From: Bdellovibrionales bacterium
GTDB lineage: Bacteria > Bdellovibrionota > Bdellovibrionia > Bdellovibrionales > JAMPXM01
Assembly: GCA_043727635.1 (NCBI GenBank)
Contig: JAYSYM010000590.1
Span: 1-28,235 of the forward strand
DNA: 28,235 nt
Reading direction: 5' to 3'
The position numbers and the translations under genes were made by a program. Below are positions 1-8,356 of this stretch, piece by piece. Numbering within the stretch: position 1 is the first letter of the stretch; the number at the start of each line of letters is the position of its first letter. The notes below the pieces were generated by a model, which worked only from the letters and a program-made list of their open reading frames with translations, ran no database searches and was not told the DNA's origin.

Positions 1-217
1 ATTTTCCATAAACGAGCTGGCCGGACTTCGATAATTTCTCGCGTAAATGCCAAAGGTCAGAAACTCGCGAATCACCATTCTCGTCCCATTCCCAAACCAT
101 TTTAGATCGTGGATAGAATTCGTTCCACAAAGAAGGAATCTCTTTACTGTTGTTCGCCGGAAAAACCAACAACATGTGTTTCTTATTTAGCTTCGAAACG
201 GCAGTTCTGACGTTCAT
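1..217 (-). CDS. Partial CDS (N-terminus only; runs off the left edge). Hypothetical, possibly AlkZ-related/winged-helix family
   Basis: Hand translation from ATG at 217-215, preceded by an in-frame TAA: MNVRTAVSKLNKKHMLLVFPANNSKEIPSLWNEFYPRSKMVWEWDENGDSRVSDLWHLREKLSKSGQLVYGK, open to the edge. Absent from the ORF track because its stop lies outside the window. The family guess is from recall of the LWHLRE-x-LS...VYGK pattern and is unverified. Confidence 0.7.
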   Translation of the reverse strand, partial: MNVRTAVSKLNKKHMLLVFPANNSKEIPSLWNEFYPRSKMVWEWDENGDSRVSDLWHLREKLSKSGQLVYGK

Positions 218-302
218 CTTTTAAATCTAAGACTTGCTAGGAACTTGCGATAGGGAAATAATCATATTGAGAAGTTTTGTCGCTGAAATTCTGGAGGGCT
301 CC

Positions 303-1130
303 GTGAGAATACTAACAGCTTTAATCTTATCGTTAATGCTTGGTCAAAGTTTGTTCGCAGAAGACGAACAAACTGAAGTTGCGGGACAGCCAGAAGCTGC
401 TTCGGAGGCGGCTCCCCAGGCCGAGGACGGGATGACAGTGATCATGAAGCCTAAGCAAGTTGATGAGCCGAAGATGAAGTCTACGGGAAAAAAGAAAGCG
501 TCGAAAAAGAAAGACTCGAAAGTTGCGAAACCTCGCGAGCCTACTAAGCGTGATGCCGAGACCTCACTGCGTTATCTGGTCAATGGGAACTCCCGCTTTT
601 CAAAAAAGAATTTTCGCTCGGACGGCAGAAATCCGGCTGACCGCGAAAAGGGAGTTGGTGGTGAAACTCCTCACTCAGCCATTTTGGCGAGCTCCGATTC
701 ACGAGTAGTTCCAGAAATCATTTTCGACCAAGGGCTAGGTGAAGTTTACAGCGTTCGTACGCTCAGTGAAAGCCTCGATGACGCTGTGATCGCGAGTTTG
801 GAATATGCCGTCGATAAACTCAAAGTTCCGTTAGTGGTCGTCCTTGGGAATAGCGATGACGCTCTTATGAAAATTCGTTCCCTCGAGGATTCTTCATCGA
901 TCACCGACGGGATAAAAGATTTGGCTGATGCAATTGATCCTCGGCTGAAGACACTTAAGCGTGAGTCGCCTAGTCCTTCGTACGAAGTCGAAGCGACACT
1001 GAACGCCGACGCAATAGCTCGAGAGCTTTCGCGTAAATCCTCGGTTATTAAAACCGCCATTGAAAGCGGCCAACTCACAGTCAAGTCTGCGCTCTACCGT
1101 ATCAGCACTGGACGTGTGACTTTTTATTGA
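303..1130 (+). CDS. Exported beta-class carbonic anhydrase homologue, Zn ligands substituted (probable pseudo-enzyme)
   Basis: GGAGG at 293-297 then GTG at 303 (track start 234). Signal-peptide-like MRILTALILSLMLGQSLFA. Beta-CA motifs L-x-x-GN-x-RF, SDSRVVPEIIFDQGLGE, SLEYAV and PLVVVLG. Ligand positions read S, N and D instead of C, H and C. Confidence 0.85.
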   Translation: MRILTALILSLMLGQSLFAEDEQTEVAGQPEAASEAAPQAEDGMTVIMKPKQVDEPKMKSTGKKKASKKKDSKVAKPREPTKRDAETSLRYLVNGNSRFSKKNFRSDGRNPADREKGVGGETPHSAILASSDSRVVPEIIFDQGLGEVYSVRTLSESLDDAVIASLEYAVDKLKVPLVVVLGNSDDALMKIRSLEDSSSITDGIKDLADAIDPRLKTLKRESPSPSYEVEATLNADAIARELSRKSSVIKTAIESGQLTVKSALYRISTGRVTFY

Positions 1131-1257
1131 GCCGAGTGTGGCTGAGAAACCTCTCGGAAAACACGCTCACTTCCGTAGGCTAATTAAATATAAATTGCTG
1201 TAATTTTCCTTGAGAGTACGCCATCCTAGTACACGTAGCATTTTACGGGGGTTTCTC

Positions 1258-3741
1258 ATGGCACCATTACTCACAGTCGCTGTTTCGATTCTGTTAGCAC
1301 TTATGCTTGGATTCGTCGGCGCACCACTGATTTGTTGGACAGTTCTCGCTGTTGGAATTTTATATGTCGCCGCAGCACCGCCTTGGGCGTGGATCGCATT
1401 CGGAGTTGTAGCGCTTGTTTTCAACGTCAAGCCGATTCGCAGAAAAGCTGTTTCAAGCAGAGTGATGAAAATCATCAAAGGCGTATTGCCCGCAATCTCT
1501 GACACTGAAAGAGCTGCACTTGATGCAGGCGTAGTTTGGGTTGAAGGAGAATTATTCTCAGGTAAACCTGATTTCAAAAAGATTCTTCGAGAACCTTATC
1601 CCAACATGACCGAAGAAGAAAAATTATTCATGGCGGGACCAGTTGAACGCCTGTGTGAAATTGCAGACGATTGGGAAATTTGGGAAAAGCGCGATCTTCC
1701 AAAAAACGTTTGGGATTTCGTGAAGCGCGAGAAATTTTTCGGAATGATAATCCCGAAAGAGTATGGCGGCCTTGGATTCTCGGCGCTTGCACACTCAGAA
1801 GTTATTCAAAAACTGGCTAGCCGTTCAATTCCGCTTTGCACAACAGTGATGGTGCCAAACTCGCTCGGCCCTGCCGAACTTTTAATTCACTACGGAACTG
1901 AAGAGCAAAAAAATAGACTTCTTCCTAAATTGGCTACTGGCGAAGAACTTCCGTGTTTCGCTTTAACGGAGCCAACAGCAGGTTCTGACGCCGGTTCGAT
2001 TACTGCATCAGGCGTGCTATTCCGTGGTACCGACGGCAAAGTAAAAATTAAACTCAATTGGAACAAGCGTTGGATAACACTCGCTGCTGTTTCAACAACT
2101 CTCGGTTTAGCATTCCGACTTCGTGATCCAGAAAACATTCTTGGCAGAAAAGATGGCAGCGGTGAAGACGTAGGTATTACTTGTGCGCTCGTACCATCGA
2201 AAACTCCGGGCGTAGATATCAGTCGTCGACACGATCCACTCGGTTGCCCCTTCTACAATTGTCCAACGCTCGGTCACGACGTAATAGTCGACGCAGAGGA
2301 ATGTATCGTTGGCGGACTAGAAGGTGCCGGTAAAGGTTGGTCGATGTTGATGGAGTGCTTGGCTGCTGGCCGGGGCGTTTCGCTCCCAGCGCAAAGCACT
2401 GGTGGAGCGAAGCACACTGCGCGAGTTACTAGCGCACACGCTGTTATTCGCAAACAATTTGGTGTTTCAATTGGAAAATTCGAAGGTATCGAAGAGCCCC
2501 TCGCTCGCATCGGTGGCTACACCTATTTGCTGGAAGCTATGCGCAGATTTACTCTTGGCGCACTTGATAAAGGTATTAAGCCTCCGGTGATCACTGCGAT
2601 CGCTAAGTATCACGCAACTGAACTCGGCCGCAAAGTAATCAACGACGGAATGGACATCGTTGGTGGCGCCGCTATTACTATGGGTCCTCGCAATACACTT
2701 GCACACTTGTACATCTCAACTCCGATTGGAATTACGGTTGAAGGTGCGAACATTATGACTCGCACGCTGATCATCTTCGGTCAGGGAGCGCTTCGCGCTC
2801 ACCCGTATGCTTACAAAGAAATTGCGGCAGTTGAAAAGAAAGATGTGAATGCATTTGATGACGCTTTTTGGGGACACATCGGTCACGTTGTGCGAAACAT
2901 GTCGCGAGCGATAGTTCTCAGCTTTACTCGCGGCGCCTTGGCACCAAGCCCAATTGGTGGCTCAGTTTCTCGGTATTATCGCCGCATGGCTTGGACTTCG
3001 GCGACATTTGCAATCATGGCTGATATCGCAATGGGATCACTCGGCGGAGCGCTTAAACAGCGCGAGAAAATTACTGGCCGCTTTGCTGACATTTTATCTT
3101 GGATGTACATCGGAACTTGTGTTCTTCGCCGTTTCCAAGCAGAAGGCTCACGCAAAGAAGATTTACCATTGGTCCACTTCGCGATGAACTATTGCTTCAA
3201 CGAGATTCAGAAAGCATTCGATGGAATTTTCGCAAACATTCCAGTTCCAGGCTTCAGCTGGTTCTTCCGAATTTTTGTAAGAGCTTGGTCGAATATCAAC
3301 CCGTTAGCTGGCGAAGCAAACGATCAACACACTCACAAGATCGCAACTCTTCTTCTTTCAGATACTGACCAACGTGAGCGCCTTCTCGAAGGTTCTTATG
3401 TTCCGACCGATATCACTCAAGCGGTTGGCCGACTTGAACACGCGTTCCATGCCGTTAAGCGTGCGGAAGCAATTGAAAGAAAAGTTCGCGACGCCGTTCG
3501 CTCGAAAGTTTTGAAGAAAGTTAAAGGACCAAAGCTTTATCAATCAGCACTTGAAAAGGGCGTGATCACTCAAGACGAGTACGCGCAGATCGCTAAAGCA
3601 GAAGAGTTGCGCCTAGACGCAATTCAGGTCGACGACTTCTCTCAAGAAGAATTCTTGAAACACACATCAACTGGCGCAGTTCATAAGATGCCAGCTGGCG
3701 GTGGATCAATGTCGCACGCGAGTGCCTACAAGGCTGACTAG
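1258..3741 (+). CDS. fadE: Acyl-CoA dehydrogenase, FadE type (N-terminal TM, ACAD core, DUF1974-like C-terminus)
   Basis: Motifs VMVPNSLGPAELL-x-HYGT, PCFALTEP-x-AGSDA, LNWNKRWITLA, QFG-x-x-IGKFEG and PIGITVEGANI-x-TR (catalytic Glu region). ATG 1258 follows a G-rich RBS (track start 1210). Confidence 0.93.
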   Translation: MAPLLTVAVSILLALMLGFVGAPLICWTVLAVGILYVAAAPPWAWIAFGVVALVFNVKPIRRKAVSSRVMKIIKGVLPAISDTERAALDAGVVWVEGELFSGKPDFKKILREPYPNMTEEEKLFMAGPVERLCEIADDWEIWEKRDLPKNVWDFVKREKFFGMIIPKEYGGLGFSALAHSEVIQKLASRSIPLCTTVMVPNSLGPAELLIHYGTEEQKNRLLPKLATGEELPCFALTEPTAGSDAGSITASGVLFRGTDGKVKIKLNWNKRWITLAAVSTTLGLAFRLRDPENILGRKDGSGEDVGITCALVPSKTPGVDISRRHDPLGCPFYNCPTLGHDVIVDAEECIVGGLEGAGKGWSMLMECLAAGRGVSLPAQSTGGAKHTARVTSAHAVIRKQFGVSIGKFEGIEEPLARIGGYTYLLEAMRRFTLGALDKGIKPPVITAIAKYHATELGRKVINDGMDIVGGAAITMGPRNTLAHLYISTPIGITVEGANIMTRTLIIFGQGALRAHPYAYKEIAAVEKKDVNAFDDAFWGHIGHVVRNMSRAIVLSFTRGALAPSPIGGSVSRYYRRMAWTSATFAIMADIAMGSLGGALKQREKITGRFADILSWMYIGTCVLRRFQAEGSRKEDLPLVHFAMNYCFNEIQKAFDGIFANIPVPGFSWFFRIFVRAWSNINPLAGEANDQHTHKIATLLLSDTDQRERLLEGSYVPTDITQAVGRLEHAFHAVKRAEAIERKVRDAVRSKVLKKVKGPKLYQSALEKGVITQDEYAQIAKAEELRLDAIQVDDFSQEEFLKHTSTGAVHKMPAGGGSMSHASAYKAD

Positions 3742-3742
3742 T

Positions 3743-4315
3743 TTATTCTGTAGAGACTTCGGAATCTGAATCGGTGAATGTTTCACGGATTGGAGCTACC
3801 GAGTCTCTTCGATAAAGCTCAACCACATGAGTGTCGCTAGTTAAGAAAAGCTGACGACGAGTGAGTAGAGCTGCTGACCACAGTACCCTTTGATTTTTCT
3901 TACAGAGAACTTCGCCCGTCCAAATTCCATCGCGTTTGCCATCAGCGAAATACTGCCGCAGCAGCGGAAGGTTTTTGGCATTTTTAATGAAAGCTCTGTG
4001 CCGACCCAGCGAATACTTTTTAAACTCAACGCCATCATTGCAGACTGCATTAGCTTTCGTAGCATTGCTCTCGAGGTAGATATCTTCCTCTAAAACAAAA
4101 TTGAGTGAGCTATCTTCCAAACTCGCAGGTTTTCGACTTTTGATATTTTGGGCATTGAGTAATTCCCACTGGCCATAAAGAAAATTGAAGTTTTCAATTT
4201 GGCGCAACTGGATATGTTTTTTGGTTTGAGGTTTTACTTTCACCTTTGATGATTTGGTCGCTGCAAATCCGAAGAAGAATCCTAATGTCAAAAAAGCGAT
4301 GAGAGCCTTTTTCAT
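3743..4315 (-). CDS. Exported hypothetical protein, possibly lipocalin-like beta-barrel
   Basis: Signal peptide MKKALIAFLTLGFFFGFAA, an early GQW motif and two Cys. Starts 6 nt after the PilZ gene stop, so probably the same operon. The fold guess is weak. Confidence 0.7.
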   Translation of the reverse strand: MKKALIAFLTLGFFFGFAATKSSKVKVKPQTKKHIQLRQIENFNFLYGQWELLNAQNIKSRKPASLEDSSLNFVLEEDIYLESNATKANAVCNDGVEFKKYSLGRHRAFIKNAKNLPLLRQYFADGKRDGIWTGEVLCKKNQRVLWSAALLTRRQLFLTSDTHVVELYRRDSVAPIRETFTDSDSEVSTE

Positions 4316-4321
4316 AAGCGT

Positions 4322-5089
4322 TTAAGCACTTTCCTTTTTGATCTCTTCTTTTGGAACACCTATCCAGCTGCGAAGAATTTCGATTCGATTGCACTTTTCA
4401 ATAAACAATCGGCACTTCGGAACCTCGCCTTCGCTCGCAACCAAGCGACAGCGCAACGCTAGCTCTGTTCCTTGATGTAACATCGTGACATCAAATGAGC
4501 CCTTAGCCTCTTTAAGGACCGGATTCTTCAGTCGCATTCCGCCAAGCGAAACATCAGCAGTTTCATTTTTAATTACTCCGCCTTCAATGTGCAGAAAAAC
4601 TTTGATCGGCACCTGAAAACGATTGTTAGCGCGACGCTCTTGTTGTTTAAGAGGAACAGCTGTATCAGGCATCGGAGCTTCCACCAAAGCTAGAGACTGC
4701 TCAATCAACTCAGTCGAAGGAGATTGTGGAATTTCAGGATTTTTCTGGGTCGATGTCGGCGCCACTTCACTCGGACGATAATCATAACTTGCGTAAGTCA
4801 GTGGGCTTTGTTCAGCGATCACACCCGAGTTCGGCTGCGTTGATGGAACGGAACTCATCTGGATTTTATTTTGGTGTTGCTCAATATCTTTTTCTCTTAC
4901 ACCAGGAAAGAGTGAATCGATGACTGATTCAAGCTCTTGCCAATCGACCCAACCTTCTTGCCAGATGAGCCAATTAGAAAACGATGCCGAAGAAAAACTC
5001 TTCAACATCGACTTCAACTGAAATGCATGAAGCCCATCAATGCGAACTTCTTCAGCTCGATTATGTATGCTCCAGAGGCTCTCGCTCAT
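4322..5089 (-). CDS. GYF_2-like domain + PilZ domain protein (putative c-di-GMP receptor)
   Basis: N-terminal WLIWQEGWVDWQEL (GYF_2/DUF4339-like), a P/S/Q-rich linker, then PilZ motifs RRANNR (RxxxR) and DVSLGG (D/NxSxxG). GGGGAG RBS upstream. Confidence 0.85.
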   Translation of the reverse strand: MSESLWSIHNRAEEVRIDGLHAFQLKSMLKSFSSASFSNWLIWQEGWVDWQELESVIDSLFPGVREKDIEQHQNKIQMSSVPSTQPNSGVIAEQSPLTYASYDYRPSEVAPTSTQKNPEIPQSPSTELIEQSLALVEAPMPDTAVPLKQQERRANNRFQVPIKVFLHIEGGVIKNETADVSLGGMRLKNPVLKEAKGSFDVTMLHQGTELALRCRLVASEGEVPKCRLFIEKCNRIEILRSWIGVPKEEIKKESA

Positions 5090-5129
5090 CTGTTAATCTC
5101 CCCGGCCTAACTCTTTAAACTCAGTGAAT

Positions 5130-5157
5130 TTATCGGAGAAACTCCGAGGAGATATGA
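5130..5157 (-). promoter_or_regulatory. Possible sigma28 (FliA)-like promoter for the PilZ operon, overlapped by an inverted repeat
   Basis: Minus strand TCATA-N15-TCCGATAA versus consensus TAAA-N15-GCCGATAA. The -10 is a good match and the -35 is poor. Perfect IR TCGGAG-AAA-CTCCGA at 5133-5147. Confidence 0.35.
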
Positions 5158-5203
5158 CGGAAGCTGGACTATAAACTTAAGGTTCAGCAAATTTAAGACT
5201 AAA

Positions 5204-5680
5204 CTATTTATGATCTGTATTGAATTGAGACGACTCGACGACGGTGAAGGTGAAGGTGAAATTCTTCTTCGTATACACAGAATTCCAAATCAAACACTGC
5301 GACGAAGTCTTATTTAAAATTTGCTCTGACTTATCACGCTCGGTGACGCCCTCCAGAGTGAATTGAAAGCTACATGCTTCCATCCATGGCTTACCAGAAT
5401 CATTCCGATCTACAGTCAAAAGAGCCTTACCTCTTATCACTGAGTACTGAAGTCGAGAAGCACTAGCGATCACTTTGAAGGTTGCGATGAAACAATTCAC
5501 CAGAGCCAACGCAAATAAATCTTCGGGAGAATAACCCCCGCCCGGCCCGCCAAATTCAATGGGAATTGCGCATTTGATTTCTGCTAAATTATCGGCGGCT
5601 CCGGCTCCACACTCCCAATTTGAATCGGTGCCGTGAGTTGCGCGCGCTTGAACTGGAAAAGTCAGCGGATACTGAATCAT
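5204..5680 (-). CDS. OsmC/Ohr-family peroxiredoxin
   Basis: SPEDLFALALVNCF (first Cys) and SQCLIWNSV (second Cys). GGAGG RBS before ATG 5680 (track start 5692). Confidence 0.88.
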   Translation of the reverse strand: MIQYPLTFPVQARATHGTDSNWECGAGAADNLAEIKCAIPIEFGGPGGGYSPEDLFALALVNCFIATFKVIASASRLQYSVIRGKALLTVDRNDSGKPWMEACSFQFTLEGVTERDKSEQILNKTSSQCLIWNSVYTKKNFTFTFTVVESSQFNTDHK

Positions 5681-5701
5681 AAAACCCTCCACCCTGAGTT
5701 T

Positions 5702-6571
5702 TTAATTTGATTTTTTGCCGTTATCAAGTGGGACGAGGTTTACTTGACTTAATCGTCGCCGAATTAAAGATTGTCTGAACCGGATATACCCAGTTGGTCT
5801 CGAAGCAGAAAACACTCTTGGGTTGGGAAGTATTGCCGCAATCAATGCGCTTTCATCCAAATTCAATTTTATTGCAGGCTTTCGAAAATAAATTTGAGAC
5901 GCAGCTTCGACTCCGTAGATTCCGTCACCCATTTCGACTACGTTCAAATACACTTCAAGAATTCTTTTTTTACTCCATGTCGCTTCGAGCAGCCCTGTGA
6001 AATAAAGTTCCAGACCTTTTCTGATCCAACTTCGATCAGGCCACAAGAAAACATTCTTTGCGACCTGTTGAGTGATCGTACTTGCTCCGCGAACTCTACG
6101 CGATCGCTGGTTGTGCTCCATCGCCTTTTCGACTGCGCGCCAATCAACACCATTGTGCTCAAAGAAGTACTGATCTTCGGCGGCAATAACTGCAGCTTGC
6201 ATACGTGGTGAGATTTTCGAAATTGAGACCCATTCCTTATTCCACTTAGGAGATTTTCCATTCAGTGCGGCTTCGGCTGCCCGCAGTACCATCAGTGGAG
6301 TAAATCCAACCGGGATCCATCGATAAAAAATGACGCTGGTAAAGCTTGTAAGTAAAAACAAAATTAACGCTCGCTTCGCGTAGAGCAAGGCGCGGTCAAA
6401 GACTGAAAGTTCGGGGTCAGCCCGTAAAAGGCTGTTCTTTAGTCGAGCCGCGAGATCTATAATCACTAACTTAAGTAGACGAATGAAGCTCCAAAGCAGA
6501 GGGGCAAAGCGCCGCGAGGTAGAGTGTTTCAAGCCGGTACCGATCCGAGGATACTCACAAAAAAGTGGCAA
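5702..6571 (-). CDS. mtgA: Monofunctional peptidoglycan transglycosylase (GT51). True start probably downstream, e.g. GTG 6466
   Basis: AEDQYFFEH-x-G-x-D, GASTITQQVAKNVFL, RK-x-x-E and ILEVYLN-x-x-E-x-G-x-GIYG-x-EAA motifs, one N-terminal TM segment, no transpeptidase domain. Confidence 0.92.
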   Translation of the reverse strand: MPLFCEYPRIGTGLKHSTSRRFAPLLWSFIRLLKLVIIDLAARLKNSLLRADPELSVFDRALLYAKRALILFLLTSFTSVIFYRWIPVGFTPLMVLRAAEAALNGKSPKWNKEWVSISKISPRMQAAVIAAEDQYFFEHNGVDWRAVEKAMEHNQRSRRVRGASTITQQVAKNVFLWPDRSWIRKGLELYFTGLLEATWSKKRILEVYLNVVEMGDGIYGVEAASQIYFRKPAIKLNLDESALIAAILPNPRVFSASRPTGYIRFRQSLIRRRLSQVNLVPLDNGKKSN

Positions 6572-6601
6572 GATAGTCCAGGAAGGCGTAGTCTAAAAGT
6601 T

Positions 6602-8308
6602 GTGGCACTGCTGAAAAAGAAAACTAAACTCACTCTAATCCCACCGCTGAACTGGCAACCAAGCCTCCAGCGCGCTTGGCTGGAGTGGTACAAAGATGCC
6701 AACAGCTTACCATCAACTACGCAGCTTTGCTCAAACTTTGTAAGTCGACACGATCACCATAACATTGAAATCAAAACTGTTTTCGAACTTGCTGGTCGCA
6801 AGTTCGAGAGCGAATCAGATATTTATATTTTTGTGCCGCGAAGTTTCGAACTGCAGTCTGTCCCAATGGACGAACTCCAGTCAGATTTGCGCGCTCGCGT
6901 ACGGCTTGCAGTTCCCGTTGGTGGCGAACAGGGTGCTTCGGCACTTTCTTCTGCTCGCGAAGCCCTTAAGCGTGTTGTTGAACACATTCATGAAGCTCAC
7001 GACCTTGGCGAAGTAGTTGTTGAAGGTGCTCACCCTCTCGCAGATGAGTTAGTGAATGCGGCAAAAGATCTTTGTTCGGTCGTTAGCGAGACCCTCAAAC
7101 AATCAGCGGTCGATCAGATCCGACACTTGTTCTTGGGCCACAGCTTAATGAGCACGCCCGATGCGTGTCTAAAATCGATTAAGGATTTAATCGTCGACGT
7201 TCGAGCCAAAGGCTCAATGGTCGCAGATGTACGAAAGCTTTTGTGGAATTCAAATACCAACACTCTTACCGTTTTACATCTTTTAGATGAATACATCAGC
7301 CACCTTTACGTTCAATACCTCGCAACGATTCGTTTCGAACTTGATCGAATCCACGAGATTCCAGAAAACTTAGATACGATGGAGCACGCTCGCATAAAAA
7401 ACGAACTATGCCTGCTTCTCGATAATCTGCAGGAATCAGAAGCCGCTCATAGAAACGCATTGGGTTTAATTCGTGAAGAAGAGAGCCTTGATGAGCTTGA
7501 TCGCGAGCGACGCCTCGTTCGGATTAGTCATTTGAAAAAGTATTTCCAGAGCAGTACGTTCCTTGATCTTTCTCGTCGTACTCCGCAGAAGCGTGTGAGC
7601 GAGTACCTTGCAACCATTGGAACTTTGATTGCCGCAGTAGTTGCCACTGGGTTTGAAATTTTCGGGCGCCATAAAGCTGCTGAAGCTGCAGTTCAAGGGA
7701 TGTTCCTTATTGCCCTCGGTGTGGCGGTCTACGTACTTCGAGACCGAATGAAAGATTGGTTGCGAAATTTCTTAAGTGAGAAGGCTCGCAAGTACTTACC
7801 TGACGCCGAACAACAACTTTGGGCTAACAATAAAAAAGTTGGTTTTGTTAAAGAGTGGTTTCGCACTTATTCAAAAAAGAAATTACCTAGCGAAGTTGTC
7901 GACATTCGACGGCGCTCATCGGCTAGTGATATGGAAACGCGACTCTCCGAAGACGTTTTCCACTACCACAAAGTTCAATCGCTCATGCAGATGCCGGCTG
8001 TGATGGAGAGTGGCAATGGCACCAAGGCTCTTCACGAAAACATTCGAATTTGCTTCGATCGTTTTTTAAAGAACATGGATGATCCGTTCAAAGACGTTAT
8101 GGAACTGGATACGTGGGGACGGTTAAAACAGAGTAAGTCTCACCGTGTTTATCACTTCTATTTGATCTCTCGAACTAAGTTTTCGACTGTGGCTGGTAAG
8201 GCTGTGCACGAGCTATCATACCGTGTCGTGCTCGATAAAAGCGGGATCGTACGTCTCGAAGAGATCGAAAACGTACATCCTAAAGGTCAGTCAGCAGTCA
8301 AAAGTTAA
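6602..8308 (+). CDS. Hypothetical membrane protein: large soluble N-domain, two TM helices, soluble C-domain
   Basis: Long open frame (track 6524-8308). First plausible start after the mtgA frame is GTG 6602. Hydrophobic segments YLATIGTLIAAVVATGFEIF and GMFLIALGVAVYVL. No recognisable catalytic motif. Confidence 0.75.
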   Translation: MALLKKKTKLTLIPPLNWQPSLQRAWLEWYKDANSLPSTTQLCSNFVSRHDHHNIEIKTVFELAGRKFESESDIYIFVPRSFELQSVPMDELQSDLRARVRLAVPVGGEQGASALSSAREALKRVVEHIHEAHDLGEVVVEGAHPLADELVNAAKDLCSVVSETLKQSAVDQIRHLFLGHSLMSTPDACLKSIKDLIVDVRAKGSMVADVRKLLWNSNTNTLTVLHLLDEYISHLYVQYLATIRFELDRIHEIPENLDTMEHARIKNELCLLLDNLQESEAAHRNALGLIREEESLDELDRERRLVRISHLKKYFQSSTFLDLSRRTPQKRVSEYLATIGTLIAAVVATGFEIFGRHKAAEAAVQGMFLIALGVAVYVLRDRMKDWLRNFLSEKARKYLPDAEQQLWANNKKVGFVKEWFRTYSKKKLPSEVVDIRRRSSASDMETRLSEDVFHYHKVQSLMQMPAVMESGNGTKALHENIRICFDRFLKNMDDPFKDVMELDTWGRLKQSKSHRVYHFYLISRTKFSTVAGKAVHELSYRVVLDKSGIVRLEEIENVHPKGQSAVKS

Positions 8309-8356
8309 CAGTCTGCAGTCGCAGCTGTCAGCCAACAGTTACAGTCTTGCAGTTTT
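8288..8356. repeat. Degenerate ~7-bp tandem repeat (CAGTCnn-like, 10 units)
   Basis: Units cagtcag, cagtcaa, aagttaa, cagtctg, cagtcg, cagctgt, cagccaa, cagtta, cagtcttg and cagtttt start at 8288, 8295, 8302, 8309, 8316, 8322, 8329, 8336, 8342 and 8350. Confidence 0.55.

Noticed and set aside
1131-1200. Possible terminator or structured RNA between the CA-like gene and fadE (CCGAG/CTCGG, GAGTGTG/CACGCTC arms)
   Set aside because: Competing short imperfect stems, no U-tract and no match to an RNA family I know.
1167-1577. Antisense and alternate-frame ORFs in the track (e.g. 746-1084, 1167-1577, 5771-6211, 20309-20665, 20752-21150, 22949-23368, 23897-24274, 27391-27753)
   Set aside because: They overlap well-supported genes, lack motifs or RBS, and look like shadow ORFs.
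6696-6743. GGAG + ATG 15-codon ORF (MPTAYHQLRSFAQTL) out of frame within the 2-TM gene; possible frameshift or leader peptide
   Set aside because: The main frame is open upstream and has its own plausible start (GTG 6602 with a -10 box). No slippery sequence is evident.
6602-8308. CorA/ZntB magnesium channel assignment
   Set aside because: No GMN/GxN signature after the first TM, and an extra C-terminal soluble domain. Only the topology is similar.
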